Position numbers and translations under genes: made by a program. Of a stretch of 64,000 nt of DNA, positions 47,101 to 59,567 are shown in pieces. How positions within the stretch are numbered: the stretch's first letter is position 1; each line of letters starts with the position of its first letter. Below the pieces are notes generated by a model that ran no database searches, was not told the origin of the DNA, and saw nothing but the letters and a program-made list of their open reading frames with translations. Origin of the DNA: Macrostomum lignano (taxonomy: Eukaryota); NCBI GenBank assembly GCA_002269645.1, contig NIVC01002409.1, forward strand, positions 1 through 64,000, given 5' to 3'.

Positions 47101-50100
47101 CCAGCGCGGCTGCCGAGACTAAGGACACTGTGAGCTGGAGCTGGACTTGCCCCAGCTTGACGTTCGAAATGCATTCCCTGGATGCTACCATAAGATTCCC
47201 AAAAATTCCTCCTCAAAAATTTTCCTAATGTTGAATTTCTCTCGTGTTGAATTTCCTTAGTAGAAGATTCCCTACCCAGAATGAAATCCCCTAGGATTCA
47301 CCTAGGAATTTCCCCTAGATTTTCCCCTGGGATTCCCTAGTCAGAAAGAATTCCCATTGGGATTCCCCAGTCAGAATGAATTCCCTTGGGATCCCCCCTT
47401 GAGAATGAATTCCATTGGGATTCCCCTCTGAGAATGAATTCCCTTGGGATTCCCCTCTGAGAATGAATTCCCTTGGGATTCCCCTCTGAGAATGAATTCC
47501 CTTGGGATTCCCCTCTGAGAATGAATTCCCTTGGGATTCCCCTCTGAGAGTGAATTCCCTTGGGATTCCCCTCTGAGAATGAATTCCCTTGAGATTCCCC
47601 TCTGAGAATGAATTCCCTTGGGATTCATCTCTGAGAATGAATTCCCTTGGGATTCCCCTCTGAGAATGAATTCCCTTGGGATTCCCCTCTGAGAGTGAAT
47701 TCCCTTGGGATTCCCCTCTGAGAATGAATTTTCTTGGTATTCCCCACTCAAGAGAAATTCCTCTAAATCTTTCTACCTTGTATGAACTTCTCTAAATAAA
47801 TTCCCTATCTAGAAGGAATTCCCCTAGAGTTGATTCGCCACTAAGAAAGAATGGCATAGGAAATTCTCCACTGATAAGGAATTCCCTAACCTGAGCTCAT
47901 CACCTGTAGAAATCCTAACCAAATGTCCGACACGGCCGAACCGCACTGGCAGGTCCTGGCCGCCATGGACGTGGACAGGGAGGAGAACGCCGGCATTCGC
48001 CAGGCCTTCAACATCACCGGCTACCCCACGATTATCTACATTAAGTGAGACTGTTGCATCTATAAACATCATTTCTACTATTGACTTCAATTCTGTGCTA
48101 AACTGCTGCTTCGCTTCCAGAGGCAACGAGCCCATTCCCTATGGCGGCACTTTCACCAAAGACGGGATTTTGAGCTGGCTGAAAAAGTAATTCATTACTG
48201 CTTGTTATTACACTACTCTCGGCAGTAGCAAGTAGGGTTTATTATCGGTCTGAACATTTTTTGTCGCCCCTAAAAACCCGCCGCCAGCCCCACGCCGCCG
48301 AAAGCGCCGGAGCCTGAGAAGGACTGGGCGGAGGAGGCTCCCGACGTGAAGTTTCTCACCGATAATAACTTTGTGACCAGCCTGGCCCAGCAGAGCTCGG
48401 CTCTCGTCATGTTTTATGCGCCCTGTGAGTAGTCTGAGCGATCTCTGGATGGGGACTCGCCCGTTCTTTGCACAACTCAATTTTCTTTTTTTGAGATCCC
48501 AATCCTATTTTCCAATCACAAAATCCCCAACCGTCCCATCCCAAAATCCCGTCTTTTCCCATCTCCGAAGCTCCAATTTTCTCATCCCTAAATCATCTGT
48601 TCTGTTTTCCCATCCCAGAATCTCCCTTTTTCTCACACTCAAATCTCATATTTTCTAATCCCAAATCTTTTATTTTCCCATTCCCAAATCTCATTTTCTC
48701 ATTTCTAAATGCAGTTTCTTTCAATCCCTAAGCCCCTATTTTCCCATCCCCAAATCCCCTATTTTCCCTTCCCCAAATCATTCGATTTCCCATGTGCAGA
48801 TCTCCTTTAAAAAAATTCATTATTCTCTTCTTTTCCCATCCCCGAATATTATTTTCACATCTCGAAATCCCCTATTTCCCCATTCGAAATCCCCTATTTT
48901 CCCATAGCCAATCAGCTCCTTTCCCACTCCCAGTTCTCCATTCTCCAATCGCTTAAACCGCCGCCTCCCGCAGGGTGCGGCCACTGCAAGGCGATGAAGC
49001 CGGCCTATCAGGCGGCGGCTCAGCAGCTGAAGCAGCTGGGCATCCCCGGCCTGCTGGCCGCTGTGGACGCCACCAAATATCGAAAAACTGCCGAACAGTT
49101 CAAGGTCACGGGATTTCCTTCCGGTGAGACGACTCAAAATTTAATTACCTTTAATAAGGCGTTTCTAATTAGGTCAGGGAATTACCTGTGCATTTGGTGC
49201 TTTGTTTCTGACTTTGAAAATTTCAACTAATTGTGCTTTGAATATCCCACAGCTGAGAATCCCCCAAGTATCCCACAGCTGAGAATCCCCCAAGTATCCC
49301 ACAGCTGAGATTCCCCTAAGTATCCCACAGCTGAGAATCCCCCAAGTATCCCACAGCTGAGAATCCCCCAAGTATCCCACAGCTGAGAATCCCCCAAATA
49401 TCCCACAGCTGAGAATCCCCAAAATATCCCACAGCTGAGAATCCCGAATATCCCACAGCTGAGAATCCCAAAAATATCCCACAGCTGAGAATCCCGAATA
49501 TCCCACGGAGAATCCCGAATATCCCACAGAGAATCCCGAATATCCCACAGCTGGGAATCCTGAATATCCCACAGCTGAGAATCCCAAATACCCCACAGAG
49601 AATCCCGAATATCCCACAGCTGAGAATCCCGAATACCCCACGGAGAATCCCGAATATCCCACAGCTGAGAATCCCGAATATCCCACAGCTGAGAATCCCG
49701 AATATCCCACAGCTGAGACTCCCCCAAATATCCCACAGAGAATCCCGAATATCCCACAGCTGAGAATCCCGAATACCCCACGGAGAATCCCGAATATCCC
49801 ACAGCTGAGAATCCCTCGAATATCCCACGGAGAATCCCGAATATCCCACAGCTGAGAATCCCGAATATCTCACAGAGAATCCCGAATATCTCACAGAGAA
49901 TCCCGAATATCCCACAGCTGGGAATCCCGAATATCCCACAGAGAATCCCGAATATCCCACAGCTGGGAATCCTGAATATCCCACAGCTGAGAATCCCAAA
50001 TACCCCACAGAGAATTCCGAATATCCCACAGCTGAGAATCCCGAATACCCCACGGAGAATCCCGAATATCCCACAGCTGAGAATCCCTCGAATATCCCAC

Positions 50101-53100
50101 GGAGAATCCCGAATATCCCACAGCTGAGAATCCCGAATATCCCACAGAGAATCCCGAATATCCCACAGCTGGGAATCCCGAATATCCCACAGAGAATCCC
50201 GAATATCCCACAGCTGGGAATCCCGAATATCCCACAGAGAATCCCGAATATCCCACAGCTGGAATCCCGAATATCCCACAGAGAATCCCGAATATCCCAC
50301 AGCTGGGAATCCCGAATATCCCACAGAGAATCCCGAATATCCCACAGCTGGGAATCCCGAATATCCCACAGAGAATCCCGAATATCCCACAGCTGGGAAT
50401 CCCGAATATCCCACAGCTGAGAATCCTGAATATCCCACAGCTGAGAATCCCGAATATCCCACAGAGAATCCCGAATATCCCACAGCTGGGAATCCTGAAT
50501 ATCCCACAGCTGAGAATCCCGAATATCCCACAGAGAATCCCGAATATCCCACAGCTGAGAATCCCAAATACCCCACGGAGAATCCCGAATATCCCACAGC
50601 TGGGAATCCCGAATATCCCACAGAGAATCCCGAATATCCCACAGCTGGGAATCCCGAATATCCCACAGAGAATCCCGAATATCCCACAGCTGGGAATCCC
50701 GAATTTAAGTCCACATCAAAAGCTCACCAGTTGCCGTGGTGGCGGGTGTGAGAAGCCCGAATCCAGCCTGGGTTTTCCTGTCCATGCCGAATGCTCCGAT
50801 CTGTCTTAATATCTGCAGTGCTTTGCCAGTCTTCTCTGCAAAAAAGACGATGAATTTAACAGACTAAATTTCTGTTTTTCGTTTCAGTGAAATATTTCCA
50901 GTGAGTTTCTCGGCATTGTTGTCAGTAGTATCGTAGCAGTAGTTTACTTGTTGCTCCCAATATTCTCTAATATCGCACCGCACGCTTAAATTTGCATTAA
51001 ACAATACTACTTACTAAGACCGCATTGCTAGTAGTTCAATATGAATGCGTTTAAACTATTTTATTTTGCTTTATGTTTTTGTTTGGTCCTAGTATTATTT
51101 TTAGTGCATAACCTTGTGAATGTTAATTTATGTTAATGTCCAGTAAGTGTCCATATGTGTAAACCAAAATGTGTCAGGTTGACATGATTGACAGCAGCTC
51201 ACAGGTGAGCTAAACTGACTGAGGTGATTATGATTGACAGCTCACAGGTGAGCTCAACTGACTGAGGTGATTATGATTGACAGCTCACAGGTGAGCTCAA
51301 CTGCAGAATACTTTTAAGCATGGTTTAACCCCTGTTACTTTACAACCAGTACTCGTCAGTGAACTCACACCTGCTGAGTGTGATAATTAACGCGGATTAC
51401 AGTCAACATGCCACTCACTGACGTCAATCGCATTTCCAGAAATGCCGAGTACAAATTTGACTTCAACGAGCGGGCCGAAGACAAAATCGTTGAGTTCATG
51501 AAAGAGTGAGTTGAGAGTAGAGATGCTGAGTCCCCTTTTCAAAGTGATTGTCAGCCCGCCTCATCAGCCAGAATCCTTCATCTTCCAACCCCTCCAGCCC
51601 CAAGGAGCCGCCGCCGCCGCCAGTCGAGGTGCCGTGGTCCGAGGAACCCAGCGAGGTGCACCACCTGGCCCACGGCAACTTTGCCGACTTTCTCAAGAAG
51701 AAGCGCCGCACTCTGGTGATGTTCTATGCGCCCTGTGAGTTCGATGCGAATTGTGCTCAACTGATCTTGGTTAACTGTTCCCTGTTCCTATGGGAAAGCT
51801 GCATTCTTCTGGTCTTTCGCTTATCCGTCTCTTCATTCCTTCATCCGCTTCTTCACCTGTTTCTCCGCCCCTTCTCCTGTTTACCCGCTGCTTCACCTGT
51901 TCCTCCGCCCCTTCTGTTTATCCGCTGCTTCACCTGTTCCTCCGCTCCTTCTCCTGTTTACCAGCTGCTTCACCTGTTCATCCGCCCCTTCTCCTGTTTA
52001 TCCGCTGCTTCACCTGTTCCTCCGCTCCTTCTCCTGTTTATCCGCTGCTTCACCTGTTCCTCCGCCCCTTCTCCTGTTTACCCGCTGCTTCACCTGTTCA
52101 TCCGCCCCTTCTCCTGTTTATCCGCTGCTTCACCTGTTCATCCGCCCCTTCTCCTGTTTACCCGCTGCTTTATCTGTTCCTCCGCCCCTTCTCCTTTTTA
52201 TCCGCCCCTTCTCCTATTCATCCGCCCCTTCTCCTGTTTATCCGCTGCTTCACCTGTTCCTCGGCCCCTTCTCCTGTTTATCCGCCCTTCTCCTGTTCAT
52301 CCGCCCCTTCTCCTGTTTACCCGCTGCTTTATCTGTTCCTCCGCCCCTTCTCCTTTTTATCCGCCCCTTCTCCTATTCATCCGCCCCTTCTCCTGTTTAT
52401 CCGCTGCTTCACCTGTTCCTCGGCCCCTTCTCCTGTTTATCCGCCCTTCTCCTGTTTATCCGCCCCTTCTCCTATTCATCCGCCCTTCTCCTGTTTATCC
52501 GCTGCTTCACCTGTTCCTCGGCCCCTTCTCCTGTTTATCCGCCCCTTCTCCTGTTTATCCGCCCCTTCTCCTATTCATCCGCCCCTTCTGTTTATCCGCC
52601 CATTCTCCTGTTTACCCGCTGCTTCACCTGTTCCTCCGCCCCTTCTCCTGTTTATCCGCTGCTTCACCTGTTCCTCCGCCCCTTCTCCTGTTTATCCGCT
52701 GCTTCACCTGTTCCGCGGCCCCTTCTCCTGTTTATCCACCCCTTCTGTTTATCCGCCCCTTCTCCTTTTCATCCGCCCCTTCTCCTATTCATCCGCCCCT
52801 TCTGTTTATCCGACCCTTCTCCTCCTTATCCGCCCCTTTTCCCGTTCATCCGTCCCTTTCGCCCTTTCGCCATTGAGCCTCCCAGTCCATCTCCGCCGCT
52901 CCGCCCCGCCGCAGGGTGCGGCCACTGCAAGCGGGCCAAGCCGGAGTTCACCAAGGCGGCAGCCGAGCTGGCGGCCTCCGCGCCCAAGACGGCGCTGGCG
53001 GCGGTGGACTGCACCAGCGGGGAGAACTCGGCGCTGTGCCAGGCGGAGGGCGTAAGCGGCTACCCCACCATCAAGCACTATTACTTCGGCAAGCGGGCCA

Positions 53101-53174
53101 CCGACTATGCTGGCGGCAGGGAGGCGGCCGAGTTCGTCAAGTACATGACCAGCGAGGACAAAGTGGAGCTGTGA
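44103..53174 (+). CDS. PDIA5: Protein disulfide-isomerase A5 (PDIR): signal peptide, b-like domain, three CGHC thioredoxin domains, C-terminal KVEL
   Basis: Exons 44103-44168 (MLAQYLLTCFLISSLGLIAAEP), 45606-45702, 45777-45864, 46078-46143, 46220-46265, 46344-46436, 46913-46973, 47065-47129, 47953-48044, 48121-48186, 48288-48424, 48974-49123, 50888-50900, 51440-51505, 51598-51734, 52915-53174. All phases are consistent. Three FYAPWCGHC sites; PDIR-type linkers FLEDPTGDVPWDEEP and PKEPPPPPVEVPWSEEP. Confidence 0.93.
46494..46808 (+). mobile_element. tRNA-derived SINE with a CORE/V-like central domain and (ATT)n tail, in PDIA5 intron 6
   Basis: A-box TAGCCCAGTGG (46501) and B-box GTTCGATTCC (46546). 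Central TGTGTCCTTGAGCAAGACACTTAAC...GCTGTAAAATGGG resembles the CORE-SINE consensus. Tail ATTATTATTATTATATTAT. Confidence 0.8.
47270..47760. repeat. Intronic 29-bp tandem repeat
   Basis: CTGAGAATGAATTCCCTTGGGATTCCCCT. Confidence 0.9.
49243..50705. repeat. 1.45-kb intronic minisatellite, 21-25-bp units
   Basis: ATCCCACAG(CTG)AGAATCCCGAAT. It explains the (YSGFSAVG)n ORFs. Confidence 0.95.
51790..52860. repeat. Intronic pyrimidine-rich minisatellite running into the acceptor
   Basis: CCGCCCCTTCTCCTGTTTAT and CCGCTGCTTCACCTGTTCCT modules. Confidence 0.9.
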
Positions 53175-53269
53175 TTGTCCACTCATTGATTTACTTGTTA
53201 GCCAATTGCCATGTCTTCCGTTTGGGTGTTGTGCCAGCTTCCTAGCCTGTTTTGTATTCTTCACTGACT

Positions 53270-53830
53270 CCATTAGAATTCCTGACAATCCCTGACCGGA
53301 TTCCCCTGAGATTTCCCTGGGTCCATTCTTAGACTTCCCCGGATTCCACTGAGATTTCCCCGGATTCACCCTGAGATTTCTCTGCATGGATTCGCCCTAA
53401 GATTTCCCGGATATTTCCCTGAATTCACCCGGAAATTTCCTTGGATTCACTCTGAGATTTCCCTGAATTCACCCCGAGATTTTCCGGGATTCCCCCTGAG
53501 ATTTCCCTGGATTCGCCCTGAGATTTCCCTGAATTCACCCTTCCTTGGATTCACCCTAAGATTTCCTTGGATTTACCCTGAGATTTCCTTGGATTTACCC
53601 GGAGATTTCCTTGGATTCCCCCTGAGATTTCCTTGGATTAACAGAGATTTCTCTGGATTCACCCTAAGATTTCCTTGGATTTACCCTGAGATTTCCTTGG
53701 ATTTACCCGGAGATTTCTCAGGAGTTACCCTGACATTTCCTTGGATTAACCCTGAGATTTCTCTGGATTCACCCTAAGATTTCCTTGGATTCACCCTGAG
53801 ATTTCCCTGGATTCACCCCGAGATTTCCCA
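53270..53830. repeat. Degenerate ~23-bp repeat downstream of the PDIA5 stop
   Basis: CTGAGATTTCC(C/T)TGGATTCACCC variants. Confidence 0.85.
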
Positions 53831-54314
53831 GAGTTCACTTAGCGAACGGCCACCCGCTACTTTATAAATTAGTCAGAATTTAGGTGAAAACTTTTTACTC
53901 AGCGTTATTGTTGTTTCGATGTGAAGTCACAGCTCTTTGCTTCCTTGCGGTCTCAAAGCTCTGTTATTTTGTAGCTCATTTAGTCTTTGTTCCGGCGGAG
54001 TTGATTTCGTCACAGATTCACAGGGTAGTCGTTTTTGCTTGCCTATTATGCAAAATGGCTCCATTTTATAATGTTCTATAATTTCAATTCACTTTGTCTT
54101 TGTCCCCGTTTTTCTAAAAAATGTTCTTCCATTTTGTGCAGGTCTTTGTTTTCCTCTGTGTCCAATTTTTGCACAATGCACCCCGGGTTTTTGGATGCCA
54201 GTTTTTCTGTTGTCCCCCATGTGTTTTTCCTCAAAATATTTTTCACTGCAATTTTTTCCTTATATTGTGGCTGTTTTTGCTAATCAAATTTTACAGTGTT
54301 GAATGTTATAAATG

Positions 54315-54670
54315 TCCTGTTATGACTGTTATGTTCCTGTTATGTTCCTGTTACGACTGTTATGACTGCTATGTTCCTGTTATGACTGTTTGTTCCTGTT
54401 ATGTTCCTGATATGACTGTTATGTTCCTGTTATGACTGTTATGACTGTTATGTTCCTGTTATGTTCATGTTATGTTCCTGTTATGTTCCTGTTATGTTAA
54501 TGTTATGACTGTTATGTTCCTGTTATGTTAATGTTATGACTGTTATGTTCCTGTTATGTTCATGTTATGACTGTTATGTTCCTGTTATGGCTGTTATGTT
54601 CCTGTTATGTTCCTGTTATGTTCCTGTTATGACTATTATGTACCTGTTATGACTGTTATGACTGTCATGT
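54315..54670. repeat. 9/11-bp mixed tandem repeat
   Basis: TGTTATGTTCC / TGTTATGAC. Confidence 0.9.
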
Positions 54671-55159
54671 TCCTTTTACGACAGTGAAACCCCATGCTGC
54701 CATGCAGAGCCCACTGTAGCAGTCCGTACATATTTTATTACTTATTTAATTGGTTTGCTAGAAATCAAAATCCTGACTAAACAATCAATTCGGTCCGCCG
54801 TGCCAATATAATTGCTCTAGACTAGATAGCTCGCTGCCACTGTGCAGCACCTGATTAATCCATTAATTAGCGCTCCGCTACTCGCTCGTGTTTCGGCCCC
54901 AAGGTTGCTGCTCGCCGTTAGAATGGTTTGGCCCTTCGCATGCGGTTTGTCACTCATTATCGCGGTCTTAGAAATAGCATTGTTTTTTATGCAAATCAAA
55001 TAAACCTGTTTGTTTGTTTTACTTTCTCCATTGTTATCGGTGATTTGACAATTATAACTCTGCTTATTTACCTTTTTGGATCATTTATTTTGTACTAAAA
55101 TTAATAACATACCTTCATAATTGGAAGGTCATAATTGGCCAAATAAGTACCATAGGTGC

Positions 55160-55465
55160 TCATTCTGATGCCTCGGATGGTCATTCTGGCGCCTCAGTTG
55201 CCTTTTCTGGCGCCTCAGCTGCCTATTCTGGCGCCTCAGTTACTCATTCTGGCGCCTCAGCTGCTTATTCTGCCTCAGTTGCTTTTTCTGGCGCCACAGC
55301 TGGTCATTCTGGCGCCACAACTGCTTAATCTGGCACCACAGCTTATCATTCTGGCACCCCAACTGGTCATTCTGGCTCCTCAGCTGGTCATTCTGGCGCC
55401 ACAGCTGGTCATTCTGGCTCCTCAGCTGGTCATTCTGGCGCCACAGCTGGTCATTCTGGCGCCAA
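55160..55465. repeat. 21-bp tandem repeat
   Basis: CAGCTGGTCATTCTGGCGCCA variants. Confidence 0.9.
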
Positions 55466-56356
55466 GGAGCCATGCAGATTTGCAGTGTGCACAGCCGAAG
55501 CTGTACGCTAATCCTGCCCGCATGGCAGCGCCACCGGTTAGTTAACCCGGAATCAGCTGCCGAACGAATACCGATCGATTAGCGCCGAATGGTTAATCGC
55601 GGTGCCAAGCAAAAGTTACATTTTAAAGAAATAAATTTTATATTTTAAAGCCGAACAGAAAACACCTGCGGCCGTAATGCATGCAGTTTATGCTTTTTCT
55701 CTGAAGCAGGCATTGCTTGGGGAGCCGTTTCTGAGGAATGCCCTGGGCCGGATCGGGGACAGCGCCGGGTCTGCGGCAGCGGGGAAGGGGGTGGCGGCGC
55801 AGATCACACGCGGAGCTGTTTGAGTCGGGGATCGAGGCAGGTGGCAGCGGAGACTCCTCCCTACTGCTGCACTGGTAGCCGTGATTGGAGCAGGGACTCA
55901 GCGCAGGTGGAACTCCTGGCCCGCACTGCCCCCGAGTTGATCTTTCTGGGGATAAATTGGCGAGCTCAGCCGAGCTGGGATCGGAGTCCGTGTTCTCATT
56001 GGGAAGATCGGCCTGAGGATCCCATTCGGCTTGGCTTCCGGGGTAAGTCGCCGCCTTTCCCGCCTCCCAGCCGGTCATAAGTACTTGTGCCGCAGACACC
56101 ACACTGCATGTGCTGCCCTGTGCCTGCGTTTGCAAGTTCTTAAAACTGCGGGAGACTGCGCGCCTGCCGATGGCTGTCAGGATATTTTCCCAATTTTTGT
56201 GGGCGCTTTTTGGTGCCAAGCAGAGTCCGTTTACCAACTGCATCACCACCTCCGAACTTCACATTCCCCAAACTCACATTCCCCAAACTCACATTCCCCA
56301 AACTCCACATTCCCCAAACTCCACATTCCCCCAAAACTCACATTCCCCAAACTCTT

Positions 56357-57390
56357 ACAGAAGGGGGCGCCAGCTACAGAAGGGGCGCCAGCTACAGAAG
56401 GGGCGCCAGCTACAGAAGGGGCGCCAGCTACAGAGGGGGCGCCAGCTACAGAAGGGGCGCCAGCTACAGAGGGGGCTCCAGCTACAGAAGGGGCGCCAGC
56501 TACAGAGGGGACTCCAGCTACAGAAGGGGCTCCAGCTACAGAAGGGGCGCCAGCTACAGAAGGGGCTCCAGCTACAGAAGGGACGCCAGCTACAGAGGGG
56601 GCTCCAGCTACAGAGGGGGCTCCAGCTACAGAAGGGGCTCCAGCTACAGAAGGGGCGCCAGCTACAGAAGGGGCGCCAGCTACAGAAGGGGCGCCAGCTA
56701 CAGAGGGGACTCCAGCTACAGAAGGGGCGCCAGCTACAGAGTGTGGTGCTGGAGCGCTGAGCTCTAGGCACTGCAGTGACTAACTAACTAGTTATCATGT
56801 ACGTGCACCGGCAACATGCACTTTCTCTCTTGCTCTCTTTGGCCTGTCTGGCTCTACCCCTTAGATTTCATGTACGTAGTATTTGTCATCACGTGACCCT
56901 TTTCGTTATTGATCTATCAACCCTCGCTCATGTTATCATTAAATAGGCTGTTTGCTAAGTGAAATACATCTTGCAATTTTGCCATCTACACGGCACGAAA
57001 CAGGAAAGGCGCCAGCTACAGAGGGGACGCCAGCTACATAGGGGACGCCAGCTACAGAGGGGACACCGGCTACAGAGGGGGCGCCAGCTACAGAGGGGAC
57101 GCCAGCTACAAAGGGGGCGCCAGCTACAGTGGGGACACCGGCTACGGAGGGGGCGCCAGCTACATAGGGGACGCCAGCTACAGAGGGGACACCGGCTACA
57201 GAGGGGGCGCCAGCTACAGAGGGGGCGCCAGCTACATAGGGGACGCCAGCTACAGAGGGGACACCGGCTACAGAGGGGGCGCCAGCTACAGAGGGGACAC
57301 CGGCTACAGAGGGGGCGCCAGCTACAGAGGGGGCGCCAGCTACAGAGGGGGCGCCAGCTACAGAGGGGGCGCCAGCTACAGAGGGGGCGC
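56357..57390. repeat. Two direct arrays of the same 18-bp unit (56357-56740 and 57005-57390), preceded by a 15-bp repeat (56265-56345)
   Basis: GGGGGCGCCAGCTACAGA and CACATTCCCCAAACT. Confidence 0.9.
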
Positions 57391-57785
57391 CCCAAAGACC
57401 CGGCATTTAGCTTTTTCGGGAGCTGTCAGTATACAATGTCCAGCTTCTAAGCGGATTAGCTGTGTCTTGCCCCGAACTAAAAGTACATGAAAATAAGCAA
57501 CGAAGTTCCATTTAGCCTTAAATGCGCCCAATCTCGCGTGGCGTTGCCACAAGAGATCACTGCTGCATGGCAGTTTGAAATCCAGGATATGCATCCGGGT
57601 TTTTTACTAGCAGGTGCTTTCGTTTGCTTCTGATGCCACGCATAAAATCTGTAGAAGATGCAAATATTATTGAGGAACCCGCTGAAACTATCTGTGCTAC
57701 GAGCGTACTTTTGTTAGTAGCATATGGCTGAAAATCTAGAAAAAAACCTAGGATCAAGGATCTTCGTATAGGTTCATTTGTTTGT

Positions 57786-58975
57786 ACTTTAACTTAAACT
57801 GAAGCGTGCATGCACATTGTCAGTGTTCAGAAAGGTGTTTGGTCTCGAAGGTACAACATTTGAACTGTTATTACTGAAACGGACTATGCTTAAAATGGAT
57901 CTGGCATAAAGGATTTTGTAAATTAGAAACAAGCCAGTGTTTGAAGAGAACTGAAAATCCACAGATTAAGGGAGACCAAGTTGATCGCAGTGCAAGTACG
58001 AGCTGAATCATCATCAGGTCTTCTAGCCGAGGACAAAGAACTTCCCGCCCTGAACGCCGACCAGCTGCTGAGGCAGAACCGGTGTTGTGATTCAATGTAC
58101 TGGCCCGTACTCTAGCTCTCTCTCTCCCTCTGCCAAGACCTATTTTATTGATTTGTTTATTATTGAAGTTTATTTATTTACCCAGCCATTGTCTGTGATT
58201 TCGAACCTCTGATTATGGTTGGCCCTCTCTCCCCGCGCCCTCTCATTGGCTGTCTCTGTCATCTGTAGCTCTTGTTTCCTACCCCCCTTTGCGTTCTGCG
58301 TGGCTGCAGCCAATCCCCCTCGCTCTCCCTGCCCCACCCCGCCGTTTCTCTTACCCTGCACCTTTAACCCCACCCCATTTGTGCTGGCTTGTATTTATTG
58401 GCCTGCGCGCCGCCCTTCCGTCTCCCGCGAGTTGTCTCCCCCCTTTCCGATTCGCTTCTGCTCGCTACCCTCTCAACTCCTGCTATTCCAAGCCCAATAT
58501 AGCGCCTAATATAACTCGTGCTTACTACCGGAACGTCCAGAGCGCCCGAGTGCCGAAACTGCGCAACTGCAAGTGTCACCTGTCTTATTTCTTTTGGAGT
58601 TCAGTGCTTAGGATCTTGTCACCAGGTCCTGTGCGTTCGCTGCGACCCTGGTTGCCGGCCTACTGCCTGCGCGTTAGTGCGACAGCGGGTTGGCAAGCAG
58701 CAGGACTGGGTGCTGAGTCTCCCTGCTCTCGTATAGAGCGCGAGACGAAGCCGGCTGGTCCGTCTCGGGACACAACAACCGCAAGTTCAGGTGTCCAGAT
58801 AGCAGGTGCCCAGGTGGAACAGGGCAGCCTGGCAACTCGCGTCGCAACACAGCAGGCAGTCGATGGGGCTTCTAGCCGGCTGCACAGTGCGGTAGAAGGG
58901 CCCGCCGGAGGAGGTCGGATTCAGGTAGACGCGGGGAGCTGCGACGAACTTGTTGCCAGCTGGAATGAGCAATGA
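57786..58975 (-). pseudogene. Inverted duplicate of exon 2 plus 3' flank of the WSC/PAN gene, interrupted by a solo LTR
   Basis: Minus frame GNKFVAAPRVYLNPTSSGGPFYRTVQPARSPIDCLLCCDASCQAALFHLGTCYL matches 60144-60310. 57786-58082 matches 60315-60640. It has its own acceptor (CATTCCAG|) but no exon 1 on this strand nearby. Confidence 0.8.
58083..58777 (-). mobile_element. Solo LTR (695 bp)
   Basis: Begins TGTTGTG and ends CACAACA (TG...CA inverted termini). 5-bp flanks ACCGG / ACCGC (one mismatch). Minus-strand AATAAA motifs at ~58140-58180. Inserted exactly within the duplicated exon. Confidence 0.7.
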
Positions 58976-59567
58976 GCCAGTTCGCTTAGAAATCTCCAAA
59001 TAAAGAAATCGTTGAAGAATTTTCATGCGCCATGCAAATTAAGATTCTAAGTAGGTTTGGGGAAAACAAAAATTCAAACAATTCGGATGCCAAAAAACCA
59101 GGTGTTTAGAATACGCCTTGTGCGGCTCTAAACTCAACTCCTCACTTCTCGTGTTTATTGATCGCAAGACAGCTCACTCCTACAGTGTTGGAGCGCCTTC
59201 TCCTACTCTCCACCGCTCCTCCTTGGATTGCCAGAGGAAAAGCTGCCGTGGATGGAAACAAGCGACTTAAAATCAGGGACTGTTGCAGTCCCTGTCAATA
59301 AGTCTCTTCCATTAAGGTTTGATGGTCTATCTCGGCTTCCAATTGTTTGATTTTTTCTCTCAAAGCTACTGTAGCAGCTCTCGGCTTTTATCTTCCACCC
59401 ACGCTCCCGCAGGCGCTCCCTCGAGAGTGCAGTGTCGTTCCGCAGCATCCCCATGCGCCCCAAGATTCTTCAACATAACTTTCCAGAATGAGTTTAAAAA
59501 GGAGTCAAGCAGAGACAGCAACTGCTGCGATCAAGTCCGGCTTACTTACTTCAAAAGCCGTCTGAAA

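Noticed and set aside
49174-53055. Long ORFs 49227-50714, 51548-52876 and 51790-53055
   Set aside because: Intronic minisatellites of PDIA5; only the short exonic parts are coding.
56031-57450. (TEGAPA)n and (RRGASY)n repeat-protein ORFs
   Set aside because: All six frames are open because of the 18-bp unit; nothing singles out a coding frame.
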